A stretch of DNA of 64,000 nt from an uncultured Oscillospiraceae bacterium (GCA_963827665.1 CAWHBQ010000003.1:90405-154404), one strand, 5' to 3'. Shown: positions 1-10,343, numbered from the stretch's first letter. Numbers and translations: made by a program. Notes: generated from the letters alone by a model not told the origin.

Positions 1-1296
1 AGCGAGCGATTCGCTGCGCCCGTATCCGACAAGGCTGCAGACAGATGGCCGCTTGCAGCAAGCCTGATTTGTCTGGAAAAGTTTCAGCCAATGCTGGCGA
101 GCAGCGGATTCCGGCAAGACATGATCCGGCATGACCAGGCGATATTCTGTTGGCAGGTCCGTTGGTTGATTGATCTGGCGGAGCAGGATTGGTAATTGGT
201 TTCTGGCGTGCACCGTGATGAGGACCAGGACACGGGCGGCCGGGTCCACTGCATAGCGAATCCGATAAGAAGACAGGATGGATCCGTTTTCGACCACACC
301 GGCCAGGCCGCAGCGCTGAAGGTGTCCAGTCAGGGCGAGTCGGGCGGCATCGAGACAGTAGGGCTTGACTGAAATGTCACTGGCCACGGAGCGGCCATGG
401 ATCCGCCAGTAATAGAGTATTTTCGGGATGTGGACGATTTTTTCCGCCTTTTCGGACAGCCGCAGGATGTAGTCATAGTCCTGGCTGCCATCACAGGCGC
501 TGTCGAATTCACCAATCTGGTCTGACAAAGCTTTGGCGAAGACGGTCAGGTGGCAAATGTAATTGTTGCTGCGCAGGTTGTCGATCGCAAAATCCGGTTT
601 GAAATGGATCAGCTTGACCGCGTCCAGGTTGCCGGTAAAATTCAATTCATCGGAATAGATCAGGTCGGCTTGCTGGCTTAAGATGACTTCGTTGACTTCC
701 GCCAAGGCTTCCGGGGCCAGCAGGTCGTCGTGGTCAAGCAACGCGATAAAGTTACCTTCAGCCATCGCCAGGGCAGCATTTGTATTGCCTGAGATGCCTA
801 GATTATGGTCGAGTTTCCGATAATTGATGCGGGCGTCAAGTGTGGCATAACGCAGGCCAGTCGTCTCGACCTCCGGGTGTTCGGCATCGCTGCCGTCCGC
901 CAGGCACAGTTGCCAGTCGGGATATTCCTGCTGCCGGACAGATTCGATCATTTCCGCGAGAAAAACAGGGTCCGTGTTGTAAAGCGGCACGATGATACTG
1001 AACCGTGTCTTCCCGATTTTCTGGCTGTCATCGGAATGGGCCGCGGCTGAAGACATGGCCGAGTTGGCAGCCGTGTCCGGGTCGGGCGACAGCACCGATA
1101 ATGCCCGGCGTTTTTCCGAATCGGCAGCCAGGCGCAGGCGACAGGCCTTGAACAGCTGGTTGTAATCCACCCGCCGCAAACGGTTATAAGCTTTAATCGC
1201 CAGGACGCGCGGGCCTTGCCGGGTCAGGATCTGGACAGCGCGCTGAAAGATCGAAGATGATGGTTGAACCGGGCGGCCGGGATCGGGTTGTTTCAT
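1..1296 (-). CDS. Glycosyltransferase family 2 protein, 3'-truncated by the window edge
   Basis: Hand translation from ATG 1296 (ATGA overlap with the upstream stop) appears open to position 1. It contains FSIIVPLYNT, CLADGS, ALLDHDD and GSQDYD, typical of GT2 enzymes. Not in the ORF track because it has no stop in the window. Confidence 0.88.
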   Translation of the reverse strand, partial: MKQPDPGRPVQPSSSIFQRAVQILTRQGPRVLAIKAYNRLRRVDYNQLFKACRLRLAADSEKRRALSVLSPDPDTAANSAMSSAAAHSDDSQKIGKTRFSIIVPLYNTDPVFLAEMIESVRQQEYPDWQLCLADGSDAEHPEVETTGLRYATLDARINYRKLDHNLGISGNTNAALAMAEGNFIALLDHDDLLAPEALAEVNEVILSQQADLIYSDELNFTGNLDAVKLIHFKPDFAIDNLRSNNYICHLTVFAKALSDQIGEFDSACDGSQDYDYILRLSEKAEKIVHIPKILYYWRIHGRSVASDISVKPYCLDAARLALTGHLQRCGLAGVVENGSILSSYRIRYAVDPAARVLVLITVHARNQLPILLRQINQPTDLPTEYRLVMPDHVLPESAARQHWLKLFQTNQACCKRPSVCSLVGYGRSESLA

Positions 1297-2015
1297 GTCA
1301 ATTTCCTCCGGAGTTTTACGAATTCCTGGACCGCCTTCAAGCCTATGATGACAATCTTGCCCAAGTTGATCGAGTTTCGACCACCCTGGCGCGGCCGGAA
1401 CGAGATCGGCATAAATCTGACCGGTTGCCTGGAACGGACCAGGATGACGGCCATCAGGGTGTTCACGAGAAAAGAGTCCGGGGGAATGAGCTTCAGGCAG
1501 TCAGCTAAAGCCTGGCGTTTGATCAACCGGAAGGGCGTGTTCGCATCCGGTATCCAGACCTGAAATATCGCGCCCAGGATAACCTGGAGCACCCGGGCTA
1601 CGAATATCCGGGAAATCCCATCCTGACGGTTGGTGCGATGGCCGATCAAGGCAGCATAGGAAGTTCGCAACAGCCATAGTGATTCAAAGTTGGCCGGATC
1701 GGTCTGGCCATCGGAATCGGTCTGGAAAATATAGTCGGCACCTTGTTCTAGTGCCCATTCATAGGCCTGGCGAAGCGTCGCACCGTGACCTTTATTGGCT
1801 CGGGTCAAAGCGGTCAACCCAGGCAGTTCAACCTGCAGGCGGGACAACAGCTTCCCTGTTTCGTCGGTGCTGCCATCATCGATGATCAGCATTCGAGAGC
1901 CTGGGCCACCATAGCGCATCAGCACCTCATGCCAGATGGTTGCGACTTGCTCGATTGTTGCCGCTTCATTGTAAGCTGGCATCACAATGACCAGACGATC
2001 AGCGTTGATGTTCAT
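1293..2015 (-). CDS. GT2 glycosyltransferase, DPM1/GtrB-like
   Basis: VMPAYNE, IIDDGSTD, NKGHG, QTDSDGQ, DANTPFRL motifs. Confidence 0.9.
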   Translation of the reverse strand: MNINADRLVIVMPAYNEAATIEQVATIWHEVLMRYGGPGSRMLIIDDGSTDETGKLLSRLQVELPGLTALTRANKGHGATLRQAYEWALEQGADYIFQTDSDGQTDPANFESLWLLRTSYAALIGHRTNRQDGISRIFVARVLQVILGAIFQVWIPDANTPFRLIKRQALADCLKLIPPDSFLVNTLMAVILVRSRQPVRFMPISFRPRQGGRNSINLGKIVIIGLKAVQEFVKLRRKLT

Positions 2016-2770
2016 TTCTTTTTACTTTCATGCAAAGGCTTCGGGCCTGTCGGATGCACCAGACGGCAGACAAGTCGAGCGACCAAAGCCCAGGCCAGAG
2101 CGAATCGCCAGGCGAGAATCTGCCCGGCAGAACGCGGGGATAAACCACTTAAGTTGTCATCATGCCGGCGATAGGAAGTCAGGCAGTCCGGGATAAACCT
2201 GACTTCTCCGCTCAGTTCAGCCAGTAAGCCAAGCCACATATCGTGCATCGGTACGTTGCCGGGAATCGGCAGGGCGATTACAAGCAAGTCACGGCGGAAG
2301 GCCAACGTACAGCCATGATACGAATTGCGGGCGAAATTCTTCCAGAAACCGGGGCCACTCTTGCGAAGAGCGTAGAACGAAGGCGCAATAACCTGGCCTT
2401 GCTGGTCGATCAGGTCGGCATCGCTTTGAACGAGAAGCATCTTGGGTGATTGCGTAAAAGCTTTGCTGATCGTGGCAACCTTTTCAGGATGCCAGCGGTC
2501 GTCCTGGTCAGCCAGGAAAATCAGATCGCCCCTGCACTGCTCTAAAGCAAAATTGAAATTGGCGACAACGCCTCGCGTAGCCAGATTCTGGAACAGCCTG
2601 ACCCGTGGATCACGCCTGGCTAAGTTACTTAGCCACGCCCAGGTTCCATCGGATGACCCATTGTCAGCGATAACCAGTTCATCTTCATCATTCAGCTGGG
2701 CTAGAATGGATTCGACCTGCTCATCGATAAAGCGCAAACCGTTATACGAGGTCAAGGCAACAGATATCAT
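2012..2770 (-). CDS. GT2 glycosyltransferase, rhamnosyltransferase-like
   Basis: SVALTSYNG, IADNGSSD, FLADQDDRW, MHDMW, YRRH. Start set at ATG 2770 (ATGA overlap with the upstream gene). Confidence 0.88.
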   Translation of the reverse strand: MISVALTSYNGLRFIDEQVESILAQLNDEDELVIADNGSSDGTWAWLSNLARRDPRVRLFQNLATRGVVANFNFALEQCRGDLIFLADQDDRWHPEKVATISKAFTQSPKMLLVQSDADLIDQQGQVIAPSFYALRKSGPGFWKNFARNSYHGCTLAFRRDLLVIALPIPGNVPMHDMWLGLLAELSGEVRFIPDCLTSYRRHDDNLSGLSPRSAGQILAWRFALAWALVARLVCRLVHPTGPKPLHESKKK

Positions 2771-3558
2771 AGGAACCGGAAGCCCCATTTGCGAAAGTAC
2801 GTCCACAAGGACTTGAGGTGGATCAGGAACATTTTGGGTCGCTTGTATGATCCACGTTCCCAGGTGTGTTCGACGATGGATGCAGGTTCGTACAAGATTC
2901 TAAAGCCGCGGGCGCGGACTGTCCGACTGAGATCTGCGTCTTCCGCATAAAGGAAATAGCGCGGGTCAAAGCCGCCGATTGAACGAAAATCAGCTGTTCG
3001 CATGGCCATCAGGCAGCCGGAGGCAAACTCAACTTCAAAAGGCTGATCGTAGTCGTGATCCCGCATCGTATGATAGGCTTCACGGCGGTTAAACCAGCGA
3101 CCCGGCAAGTAGCGCAGCAGCAAGTCGAATACGGTCAAGTCACGGCGCGCCAGGTATTGGGTCTGGCCACTCGGATCGATGATTTTAGGCATGACCAGAC
3201 CGATGTCCGGATGCAAGTCGAGCTGGCGGATCATCGCCAGAAGGGACTTAGGATTCAAAATGATGATATCCGGATTCATGATGATGTGGATTCGCGATGC
3301 CAGCAGCGGGATGACCTGGTTATGGCCAGCCCCATAGCCACAATTGCCGCTGGCCGAGTGGATCAGCGAGATCTGAATTGTCGGTGATCCCTGTATGAAT
3401 TTTTCAACAATGGCAATCGTCTGGTCAGTCGATCCATTGTCGACAATATAAATATGGCCACTGAGGTCAGGTGGCCAGTTGAGGGCTAACGCGCGAAGGG
3501 TGTCAGCAATTGTGCGCTCGTTATTATAAGTGACTATACCGACTGAACAATCGATCAT
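2767..3558 (-). CDS. GT2 glycosyltransferase, WbbL-like rhamnosyltransferase
   Basis: IVTYNN, VDNGSTD, GYGAGHN, MNPD, SGCLM, GGFDPRYFLYAEDADL. Confidence 0.88.
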   Translation of the reverse strand: MIDCSVGIVTYNNERTIADTLRALALNWPPDLSGHIYIVDNGSTDQTIAIVEKFIQGSPTIQISLIHSASGNCGYGAGHNQVIPLLASRIHIIMNPDIIILNPKSLLAMIRQLDLHPDIGLVMPKIIDPSGQTQYLARRDLTVFDLLLRYLPGRWFNRREAYHTMRDHDYDQPFEVEFASGCLMAMRTADFRSIGGFDPRYFLYAEDADLSRTVRARGFRILYEPASIVEHTWERGSYKRPKMFLIHLKSLWTYFRKWGFRFL

Positions 3559-3766
3559 ATCGTTTTGTTGTCCTTGGCAATCGATTTCGCCTGCTCGGGC
3601 CGTTTATTCCGGATCGTTAAAATCAAGTCCAGTGAAACTATGACCAGGTTGAATCGGTGCAGGCAGGTTGAATGGATTATAATCTACAAACCACCGGATG
3701 ATCAAGCAAACCAGAATGTCCCGAAGGCTGTTGGTCCTGAGGGAACATGCAGTCGGCATGGGATTG

Positions 3767-4477
3767 TCAAAACAGTTGATCGATCAAAGCCAATGCATTT
3801 TCAAACTGGTATTGGTTAAGCATTGTCCCGACACTGAAAAGTTTTGTCTTGATGAAGTCAGGATGGTCCGACTGGAGCAACTGCTGAAGGACCAGTCGGC
3901 TGCTGACCGGATCATGCTCACTGAGATGCTGTCGGAGTGTCTGCAATTCAGCGGTCATGGTTCGTTGATCGCCGTTCTTGGCCGGGTGGCCTGGCGCCTT
4001 TCGGCCGGCTTGATGACCGGCCTGATTTGCCTGGTCCTCTGTCTGATGAACAGTGGCGAGGTATGTCTTGATCTGGCTTTGCAGCGTGACAACGTCCGCG
4101 ACATATTGTTCGAGTTCTTGCAGCAGCTCCTTTTCCAGCGGCCAGGCTGATGCTTTGATCGACTTTTCGATCAGACTCGACCGTGAAGATAGTGTCACAC
4201 TGCCGGCATGACCGGTTGTCGATTTGAGATTGTGACAGATTCTGACCATTCCTTTTTGATTATCTGCCTGGACCAGCTGCCGAATCTGACCGGGCAGGTC
4301 AGCATAGATTGCGATGAATTGACTTAAAAGCGAGTGGAAGATAGCTTGATTGCCATCCATAAGCTTCAAACCCAATTGTGGGTTAAACAAGCCGTCCTCG
4401 GCTTCATCAATCGCTGATTTTATTTCTGCATCCGCCTCCGCCATTATCGCTCCTGACGCCGTGTTTATATATCGCAA
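3767..4477 (-). CDS. Stand-alone Hpt (histidine phosphotransfer) domain protein
   Basis: GLKLMDGN...CHNLKSTTGHAG fits the Hpt HxLKS motif. Start uncertain (TTG 4477 or ATG 4444). Confidence 0.8.
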   Translation of the reverse strand: MRYINTASGAIMAEADAEIKSAIDEAEDGLFNPQLGLKLMDGNQAIFHSLLSQFIAIYADLPGQIRQLVQADNQKGMVRICHNLKSTTGHAGSVTLSSRSSLIEKSIKASAWPLEKELLQELEQYVADVVTLQSQIKTYLATVHQTEDQANQAGHQAGRKAPGHPAKNGDQRTMTAELQTLRQHLSEHDPVSSRLVLQQLLQSDHPDFIKTKLFSVGTMLNQYQFENALALIDQLF

Positions 4478-4482
4478 AGGTT

Positions 4483-4983
4483 TTAAAGTGTAGGGTACAT
4501 TCCCTTGAGTGTGGCCTGGTCAAGGATGTGGCCTTCCATTGCCTTATACAATTCGTTCAAATAAAATCCTCGTTTAAGATTGAGCCGGGTATCGAGGGCA
4601 AAAACATGCACTTCGTACAGGTGTGGCGCATCCGGCGGGCTCATGCCGCCATAATAGCTGGCAGACAGGCGGTCCAGCCCGCCGAGCTTTCCGGACCAAC
4701 TGTTGGTCCCCTGGACATAATCGGTTGCGGTCACGCTCTCATTCGGCATCAGTTCTGTCCGGGTCAAATCAGCCACAAGCCAATGAATCCAGGAAAAACC
4801 GCAAACAGGGACTGCATCTTTGTCTTCGAGGACAATCGCGTAACTGACCGTCTGCGCGGGAGCATCTGAAATGACCAGGGGGATGGAATAGGTGACCATG
4901 CGGCCGGACTGATCGCGATGGCCCCGATGACCATAAAGATCCTCAAATGTCCCATTGTGAAGGGCGGAACTTGTCAATTTCAT
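4483..4983 (-). CDS. YbhB/YbcL family (PEBP/Raf kinase inhibitor-like) protein
   Basis: LEDKDA, FSWIHW, YGGMSPPDAPHLYEVHVFALD. Confidence 0.92.
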   Translation of the reverse strand: MKLTSSALHNGTFEDLYGHRGHRDQSGRMVTYSIPLVISDAPAQTVSYAIVLEDKDAVPVCGFSWIHWLVADLTRTELMPNESVTATDYVQGTNSWSGKLGGLDRLSASYYGGMSPPDAPHLYEVHVFALDTRLNLKRGFYLNELYKAMEGHILDQATLKGMYPTL

Positions 4984-5384
4984 CTCGATGTCCTCTCACT
5001 TTCGATAGTCTGGCTGCATTCACTGCATTGGCCAAACAAAGTCAGCCTGGTTTCAAATACATGGTGGCCGGCTCTTTCAAGTGACGAGATGGCCCGGCCG
5101 TCCGGAACTTCTTCAACATCGAAAATCTTGCCACAGTTGCGGCAGACAAAATGGGCATGCGCATCTGTTCGTGCGTCATAGATTTCCATCTGGCTGGAAT
5201 GGCCGACAACCTGGACCAGATCATTTTCAACCAGGATATTCAAATTGCGATAGACTGTGGCGACAGAAATCTCAGGATGTTGAATCCGGATCTGCTCAAG
5301 TATTTTCTGAGCACTTAAATGACCGCGACCTTTGATCGCGTCATACACCCATTGACGTTGATTGGTTTGTCTTCTTTCGATCAT
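4980..5384 (-). CDS. Fur/PerR family transcriptional regulator
   Basis: HLSA, ISVATVYRNL, HAHFVCRNCG, GQCSEC. Confidence 0.93.
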   Translation of the reverse strand: MIERRQTNQRQWVYDAIKGRGHLSAQKILEQIRIQHPEISVATVYRNLNILVENDLVQVVGHSSQMEIYDARTDAHAHFVCRNCGKIFDVEEVPDGRAISSLERAGHHVFETRLTLFGQCSECSQTIESERTSR

Positions 5385-5487
5385 CCAATCACTTCTTCAC
5401 ATAAAAAAATCATAGTTGATTGTCATTGGCCATACGCTTTCAGACAAATCATACTATGAAAATTGTAGTCTTCTGGATAATTATCTG

Positions 5488-5727
5488 TCAATCACAGGAT
5501 TGACGTCGTACCTGGCGTTTTGCTGTCAAATAGATCGCGTGCGCGAGCAATGTCGACTGCATCTGCAGGGCGTTTGTCAGCCGTTCCAACATGGCCTGGT
5601 CTTCGAATTGCTCGAGTGTTTCGATAATATCCGACTCTAGCTGGCTGTACTCCGGGTTGTTCGACAGATGTTTCTGAGCTGTATCGTAAACCACCCAGAA
5701 ATCATTCGAGAATTTCATGCCAGCCAC
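5488..5727 (-). CDS. Small hypothetical helical protein
   Basis: 79-aa ORF filling the intergenic gap, with a GAGGTG RBS-like sequence at its start. Confidence 0.55.
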   Translation of the reverse strand: MAGMKFSNDFWVVYDTAQKHLSNNPEYSQLESDIIETLEQFEDQAMLERLTNALQMQSTLLAHAIYLTAKRQVRRQSCD

Positions 5728-5827
5728 ACCTCAACTCGTCAAAATCGCCTGACGACTGATTAATTATAACACGATGATGTTCCAATTCGGAACATTCTGA
5801 TCGAGGCTGGATCTGGTGTTGGTTAAC

Positions 5828-5868
5828 AAAAAAGGCAGCTTTCACATGCATCCATGCGAAAGCTGCCT
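5828..5868 (-). terminator. Intrinsic terminator downstream of the LytTR gene
   Basis: AGGCAGCTTTC/GAAAGCTGCCT stem with an A-tract on the left (U-tract on minus). Confidence 0.8.
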
Positions 5869-5894
5869 GGGGTGAATCATTATGAAAAGGCGGA

Positions 5895-6641
5895 TCAGGA
5901 TTGGATCTGGGACTGAGCCTGGTCTTTGATGAATTGCAGATATTGCCTGCGAGTCTGGGCTCTTCGCTTCTGGGCGATCGGGATCATCTGGCCGTTTGAA
6001 ATCTGGCAGCGACCCTTGGCCAAGCTGGTGATGTATTGCATATTGACCAGATAGCTTTGGTGGCAGCGGATAAAATAGTTCGGTATCTGCTGCTCGATGT
6101 CATCGAGCTGAGCATAAAACTGGTGTGTTGTTGAATGGCGGTGGACGATGATGATCCGGCGTTCACTCTCAAGATAGAGGATGTCTTTGTAAGGAATATT
6201 CAAGTGATGCCCACGGCTGTTGATCCTCAGGAATGATTCCTTCTGATTGTTGATCCGGCGCAGTGCCAAATCCCAGGCCCGGGTCAGGCGGTCCATCGAA
6301 ACCGGTTTATTAAGGAAATAGACAGCTTCCAGGTCAAAAACATCAAGTGAGTAGTCGATATCGGCAGAAATGAAAACAGTCTGGATAAAGGGATAACGTT
6401 CGCGAATCATCTGCCCGAATTCAAGACCGGTCGTTTCGCCAAGCATAATGTCCAGGAATAAAACATCAATGCGGTTCTGGTTCTGTTTAAGGTAATGCAT
6501 CAAGGGCTCGCCGGCCTCGAATTCAACGAATTCTGCCGGTTGACCTGAAGTCTTTGCGATCTGATCGATCATTTGCTCGAGCATCTTGAGAAATACTGGA
6601 TCGTCATCACAGATTGCGACTTTTATCATGATCTGGTCCAT
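5895..6641 (-). CDS. LytTR family response regulator
   Basis: VAICDDD, FLDIML and FLNKP receiver motifs; YLESERR and FIRCHQSYLVN LytTR motifs. Start trimmed from the 6791 ORF start. Confidence 0.92.
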   Translation of the reverse strand: MDQIMIKVAICDDDPVFLKMLEQMIDQIAKTSGQPAEFVEFEAGEPLMHYLKQNQNRIDVLFLDIMLGETTGLEFGQMIRERYPFIQTVFISADIDYSLDVFDLEAVYFLNKPVSMDRLTRAWDLALRRINNQKESFLRINSRGHHLNIPYKDILYLESERRIIIVHRHSTTHQFYAQLDDIEQQIPNYFIRCHQSYLVNMQYITSLAKGRCQISNGQMIPIAQKRRAQTRRQYLQFIKDQAQSQIQS

Positions 6642-6879
6642 CCCTTCCGTATGCTTACATGAATATATTATAAACGATAAATAGAAATTTGAGCGAGAAA
6701 ATGCATTGTTTTTGCCAATTGAGTGGTTGAGTCCGGTGCTGGAACGGCAATAAATTGACACGGCAGCGTCACTGGAATATGATTTTGACATAAAATGCCA
6801 GAAAACTGGGTGCTTAACACGCCAAACGCTGCGTTCAATGAATCGGGTCTAATTCTGAAATGGGTTATATGGGTTATAT

Positions 6880-7167
6880 TTAATCGACAGGTACATAGAC
6901 TGCCCGATCAACCGGTTTGACAAACCAGACTTTGACCGTCTCGAGCCAGACCTTGTAATGAGGGGTTTTTGTGTGGGCAACCAGATCATCTTGAGTCTTG
7001 TATATTTCATAAAGCAGAAAACGGCCCGGTTCGTCATTGGATTTGAAGAAGTCAAAGCAAGTTATACCAGGTTCTAGAATCGAAGCAGCTTGATTGATCC
7101 GAGTTGCAGCAATGAATTCATCACAATGTTCGGGCTGGATATACAAGGTGGCACTTTTGACAACCAT
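6880..7167 (-). CDS. ABM-family monooxygenase / LsrG-like protein
   Basis: EPG, FLLYEIY, HTKTPHYKVW; GGAGG RBS. Confidence 0.88.
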   Translation of the reverse strand: MVVKSATLYIQPEHCDEFIAATRINQAASILEPGITCFDFFKSNDEPGRFLLYEIYKTQDDLVAHTKTPHYKVWLETVKVWFVKPVDRAVYVPVD

Positions 7168-7247
7168 AATAAACCTCCGTCATAAACTAACTAAGAATAT
7201 AGCTTATTTGACAGAATTTGCAAACTGCGAAATTGACAGGAGATCCT

Positions 7248-9383
7248 ATGAATTGGAATGACCTGACCACACTGGTTAACTACGAAAGCTTCGCCCGCGG
7301 ATTCGGCCATAACCTGATCCCACTTGACGAAGTCAACGGCTTCAAGATCCGGCCGGGCTTCTTTCTTGAAAATGGAGCTGTAGTTATCCCGGGCGGCGTC
7401 AGTTTCACGGTGCATTCACGGAACGCACATTCCGTTTCGCTGGCGTTGTTCCAGCGCGAACAGTGTCAGCCCTATGTCATCATCCCCTTCCCCGAAAATT
7501 ATCGGATCGGCTATGTCTACTCAATGATTGTCTTTGGACTCGATATCATGGAATTTGAGTACGCCTTCAGTGTCGATGGGCAATACAATCCCAGCCGGGG
7601 TTTGATCTTCGACCCAACGAAGCTGCTGATTGACCCTTATTCGAAAGCTGTGACCGGACAAAGCAAATGGGGTCTGCGCAATCCCCAGAACTGCCACTAC
7701 AAGTCTCGAGTGGTCGCCAATGATTTTGACTGGGGCAACAGCCACAGCCCGCAAATCCCAATGGAAGACCTGGTCATTTACGAGCTGCATGTCCGAGGCT
7801 TTACCCGGCATGATTCTTCCGGCGTCCAGTTCCCCGGCACCTTTGCCGGACTAGCCGAGAAAATCCCCTACCTGATTGACCTGGGAATCAATGCGGTCGA
7901 GCTGATGCCGATTTTTGAATTTGATGAAATGCGCGATGTCCGCGAATTCAAAGGACAAAAATTGCTGGATTACTGGGGATACAACCCTGTCAGTTTCTTT
8001 GCCCCGAACACAGGCTACACTGCCGGCCTTGAATATAATCGTGAAGGAATTGAACTGAAGTCCCTGGTCAAGCAATTCCATGAAAATGGTATTGAAGTGA
8101 TCCTCGACGTCGTATTCAACCATACCGCAGAAGGCAATGAAAACGGCCCGGTCATCTCATTCAAGGGATTTGATAACAACATCTACTACATGCTCAGCCC
8201 GGACGGACAGTATTACAATTTCAGCGGCTGCGGCAATACCCTGAACTGCAATCATCCGGTCGTGCAGCAGATGATCGTCGAATGTCTGCGCTACTGGGTC
8301 ATAGAGTACCGGATCGACGGTTTCCGCTTTGACCTGGCTTCGATTCTTGGCCGCAACGAGGATGGCTCACCGATGAGCAAGCCGCCGCTCTTGCAAAGTC
8401 TCGCCTTTGACCCGATCCTTGCCAATGTCAAACTGATCGCTGAAGCCTGGGACGCCGGTGGTCTTTACCAGGTCGGCAGTTTCCCGTCCTGGAGCCGCTG
8501 GTCGGAATGGAATGGCCGCTACCGTGACGATTTGCGCTGTTTTCTCAAAGGCGATGCCGGACTGGCTACGATTGTCGCAGACCGCCTGGCGGGATCACAT
8601 GACCTGTACGACCCGCTGCACCGCGGCAAGAATGCATCAGTCAACTTTATCACGTGCCACGACGGTTTCACCCTGCATGACCTGTACAGCTACAGCTATA
8701 AGCATAACGAAGCAAACGGCTGGGGCAACTCGGATGGCGAAAACCACAACAACAGCTGGAACTGCGGTGCGGAAGGTGAAACTGGCATCCCGAGTATCAA
8801 CCAGCTGCGCAGCCGGCTGGTCCGCAATGCCATTGCCATACTGCTTAGCAGCCGCGGCACGCCGATGCTTTTAGCCGGCGATGAATTTGGCAACACCCAA
8901 TTTGGCAACAACAATCCCTATTGCCAGGATAATGAAATCTCCTGGCTCAACTGGGCCATGCTGGAACAAAACCATGATTTATTTGTCTTTGTCCAGAAAA
9001 TGATCCGTCTGCGCCAACGCCATCCCGTGATGCGCAACAGCACCAACGATCCGTCACATTGCGGCTTGCCTTCTTTCAGCAAGCACGGGGTCCGGGCCTG
9101 GTTCCTCGAACCCGTCGCTGAAACGCACACCGTCGCGGTCATGTTCACCGGTTATGATGCCATCAGGTTCCGCGACGACATCGTCTATGTCGCGATCAAT
9201 GCCCACTGGGAAGCGGCCTCCCTGCAACTGCCACGGTTGCCCGGACGGATGCGTTGGCACCAGGCCGTCGATACGTCCTTACCTGCCGGAGAAGACATTG
9301 CCAGTGATCCAGCCAACATGAAACTGGTTGGACCGACACTCAAAATGGCGCCGCGTTCGGTGGCCATCCTGATCGGACAGTAG
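7248..9383 (+). CDS. glgX: Glycogen debranching enzyme / isoamylase (GH13)
   Basis: IYELHVRGFT, YWGY, DVVFNHTAEG, DGFRFDLAS, LIAEAWD, NFITCHDGFTL; AGGAG RBS before ATG 7248. Confidence 0.95.
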   Translation: MNWNDLTTLVNYESFARGFGHNLIPLDEVNGFKIRPGFFLENGAVVIPGGVSFTVHSRNAHSVSLALFQREQCQPYVIIPFPENYRIGYVYSMIVFGLDIMEFEYAFSVDGQYNPSRGLIFDPTKLLIDPYSKAVTGQSKWGLRNPQNCHYKSRVVANDFDWGNSHSPQIPMEDLVIYELHVRGFTRHDSSGVQFPGTFAGLAEKIPYLIDLGINAVELMPIFEFDEMRDVREFKGQKLLDYWGYNPVSFFAPNTGYTAGLEYNREGIELKSLVKQFHENGIEVILDVVFNHTAEGNENGPVISFKGFDNNIYYMLSPDGQYYNFSGCGNTLNCNHPVVQQMIVECLRYWVIEYRIDGFRFDLASILGRNEDGSPMSKPPLLQSLAFDPILANVKLIAEAWDAGGLYQVGSFPSWSRWSEWNGRYRDDLRCFLKGDAGLATIVADRLAGSHDLYDPLHRGKNASVNFITCHDGFTLHDLYSYSYKHNEANGWGNSDGENHNNSWNCGAEGETGIPSINQLRSRLVRNAIAILLSSRGTPMLLAGDEFGNTQFGNNNPYCQDNEISWLNWAMLEQNHDLFVFVQKMIRLRQRHPVMRNSTNDPSHCGLPSFSKHGVRAWFLEPVAETHTVAVMFTGYDAIRFRDDIVYVAINAHWEAASLQLPRLPGRMRWHQAVDTSLPAGEDIASDPANMKLVGPTLKMAPRSVAILIGQ

Positions 9384-9431
9384 GATTAACGTGTAACGCT
9401 AGATTTCACTGGATAATACTAAATACCACTG

Positions 9432-9472
9432 AAAAAAATCGCCGCTTGGCCTGAATGGCTAGCGGCGATTTT
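9432..9472. terminator. Bidirectional intrinsic terminator between convergent genes
   Basis: AAAATCGCCGCT/AGCGGCGATTTT stem flanked by A- and T-tracts. Confidence 0.8.
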
Positions 9473-9485
9473 GTTACGGATCGTG

Positions 9486-9974
9486 TTACTTGCGCCGTGA
9501 ACGGCTTCTGCAGGATTTGGACTTCTTCTGCGGGATGAAATGGCTGATGATGTCGAAAGCCGTGGTGACGATGCTGACGATTGAACCAATATTGACTGCG
9601 GTGTCGTTCTTGCCGGCAAAGAAACCATGCAGGTCGTCTGAGACTTCGTGGACTGTGTCACCGACACTGGTCACGCTTTCACGCACCGTATTGGTGACTG
9701 TCTTGACGTCTTCGAGCACTGGGGGTATGGTCGCTTTGGCCGAATCGGCAACCAATTCAACATTGCCGGTGATGCGGTCGAACTTGCCGACCAGATCTGG
9801 CAATTGCCTGGTTGTCGCGACAATCGGTTCGCGAACCTGGTCGAGCATCTTGTTGACTTTGGTCAAGGTCTGGATCAGTCTGGCGATGGCGATGATCAGA
9901 AAGATGAGAAAAACCACACCACTGATGATCAGAAGGCCGGTCAGGACAGAGATCAAGTCAATCGTGACAATCAT
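9486..9974 (-). CDS. DUF948/YtxG-like membrane-anchored helical protein
   Basis: N-terminal TM helix followed by an amphipathic helical region; paired with a YtxH-like gene. Confidence 0.7.
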   Translation of the reverse strand: MIVTIDLISVLTGLLIISGVVFLIFLIIAIARLIQTLTKVNKMLDQVREPIVATTRQLPDLVGKFDRITGNVELVADSAKATIPPVLEDVKTVTNTVRESVTSVGDTVHEVSDDLHGFFAGKNDTAVNIGSIVSIVTTAFDIISHFIPQKKSKSCRSRSRRK

Positions 9975-10004
9975 GAAGTCGCCTTCTTTCTGTCGTCAGC
10001 CGAA

Positions 10005-10343
10005 TCAATCGACCTTCTGCTCTTCTGTTGTCGGCGGCTCTGGCTGTGCTTCTTCCTGGGTTTTATGCTTCAGGTGATCCTTGACTTCGATGACTTTCTC
10101 TTTGACTTCGGATACTTTTTCTTTGGCAAAATCGGCTGCATGGGTAGCTGCTTCTTTTGCTTTCTCAGCACCAAGCTGAGCGCCGACGCGGATGTCTTCG
10201 CGAGTCTCTTTGCCTGCCTTGGGGGCAAACAGGATACCGGCAATCGCGCCCACCAGAGCACCTGCAGTCAAGCCCGCAGCAACCTTGGCGTTTTGTTTTT
10301 TCTTATTGGCCCCTGTGACGGCACCGATGAGATCTTTGAACAT
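10005..10343 (-). CDS. YtxH domain protein
   Basis: GALVGAIAGILFAPKAGKETREDI; AAAGGAGG RBS. Confidence 0.9.
   Translation of the reverse strand: MFKDLIGAVTGANKKKQNAKVAAGLTAGALVGAIAGILFAPKAGKETREDIRVGAQLGAEKAKEAATHAADFAKEKVSEVKEKVIEVKDHLKHKTQEEAQPEPPTTEEQKVD

Noticed and set aside
5400-5490. Fur/Per box upstream of fur
   Set aside because: Only weak AT-rich partial matches; not supportable by eye.
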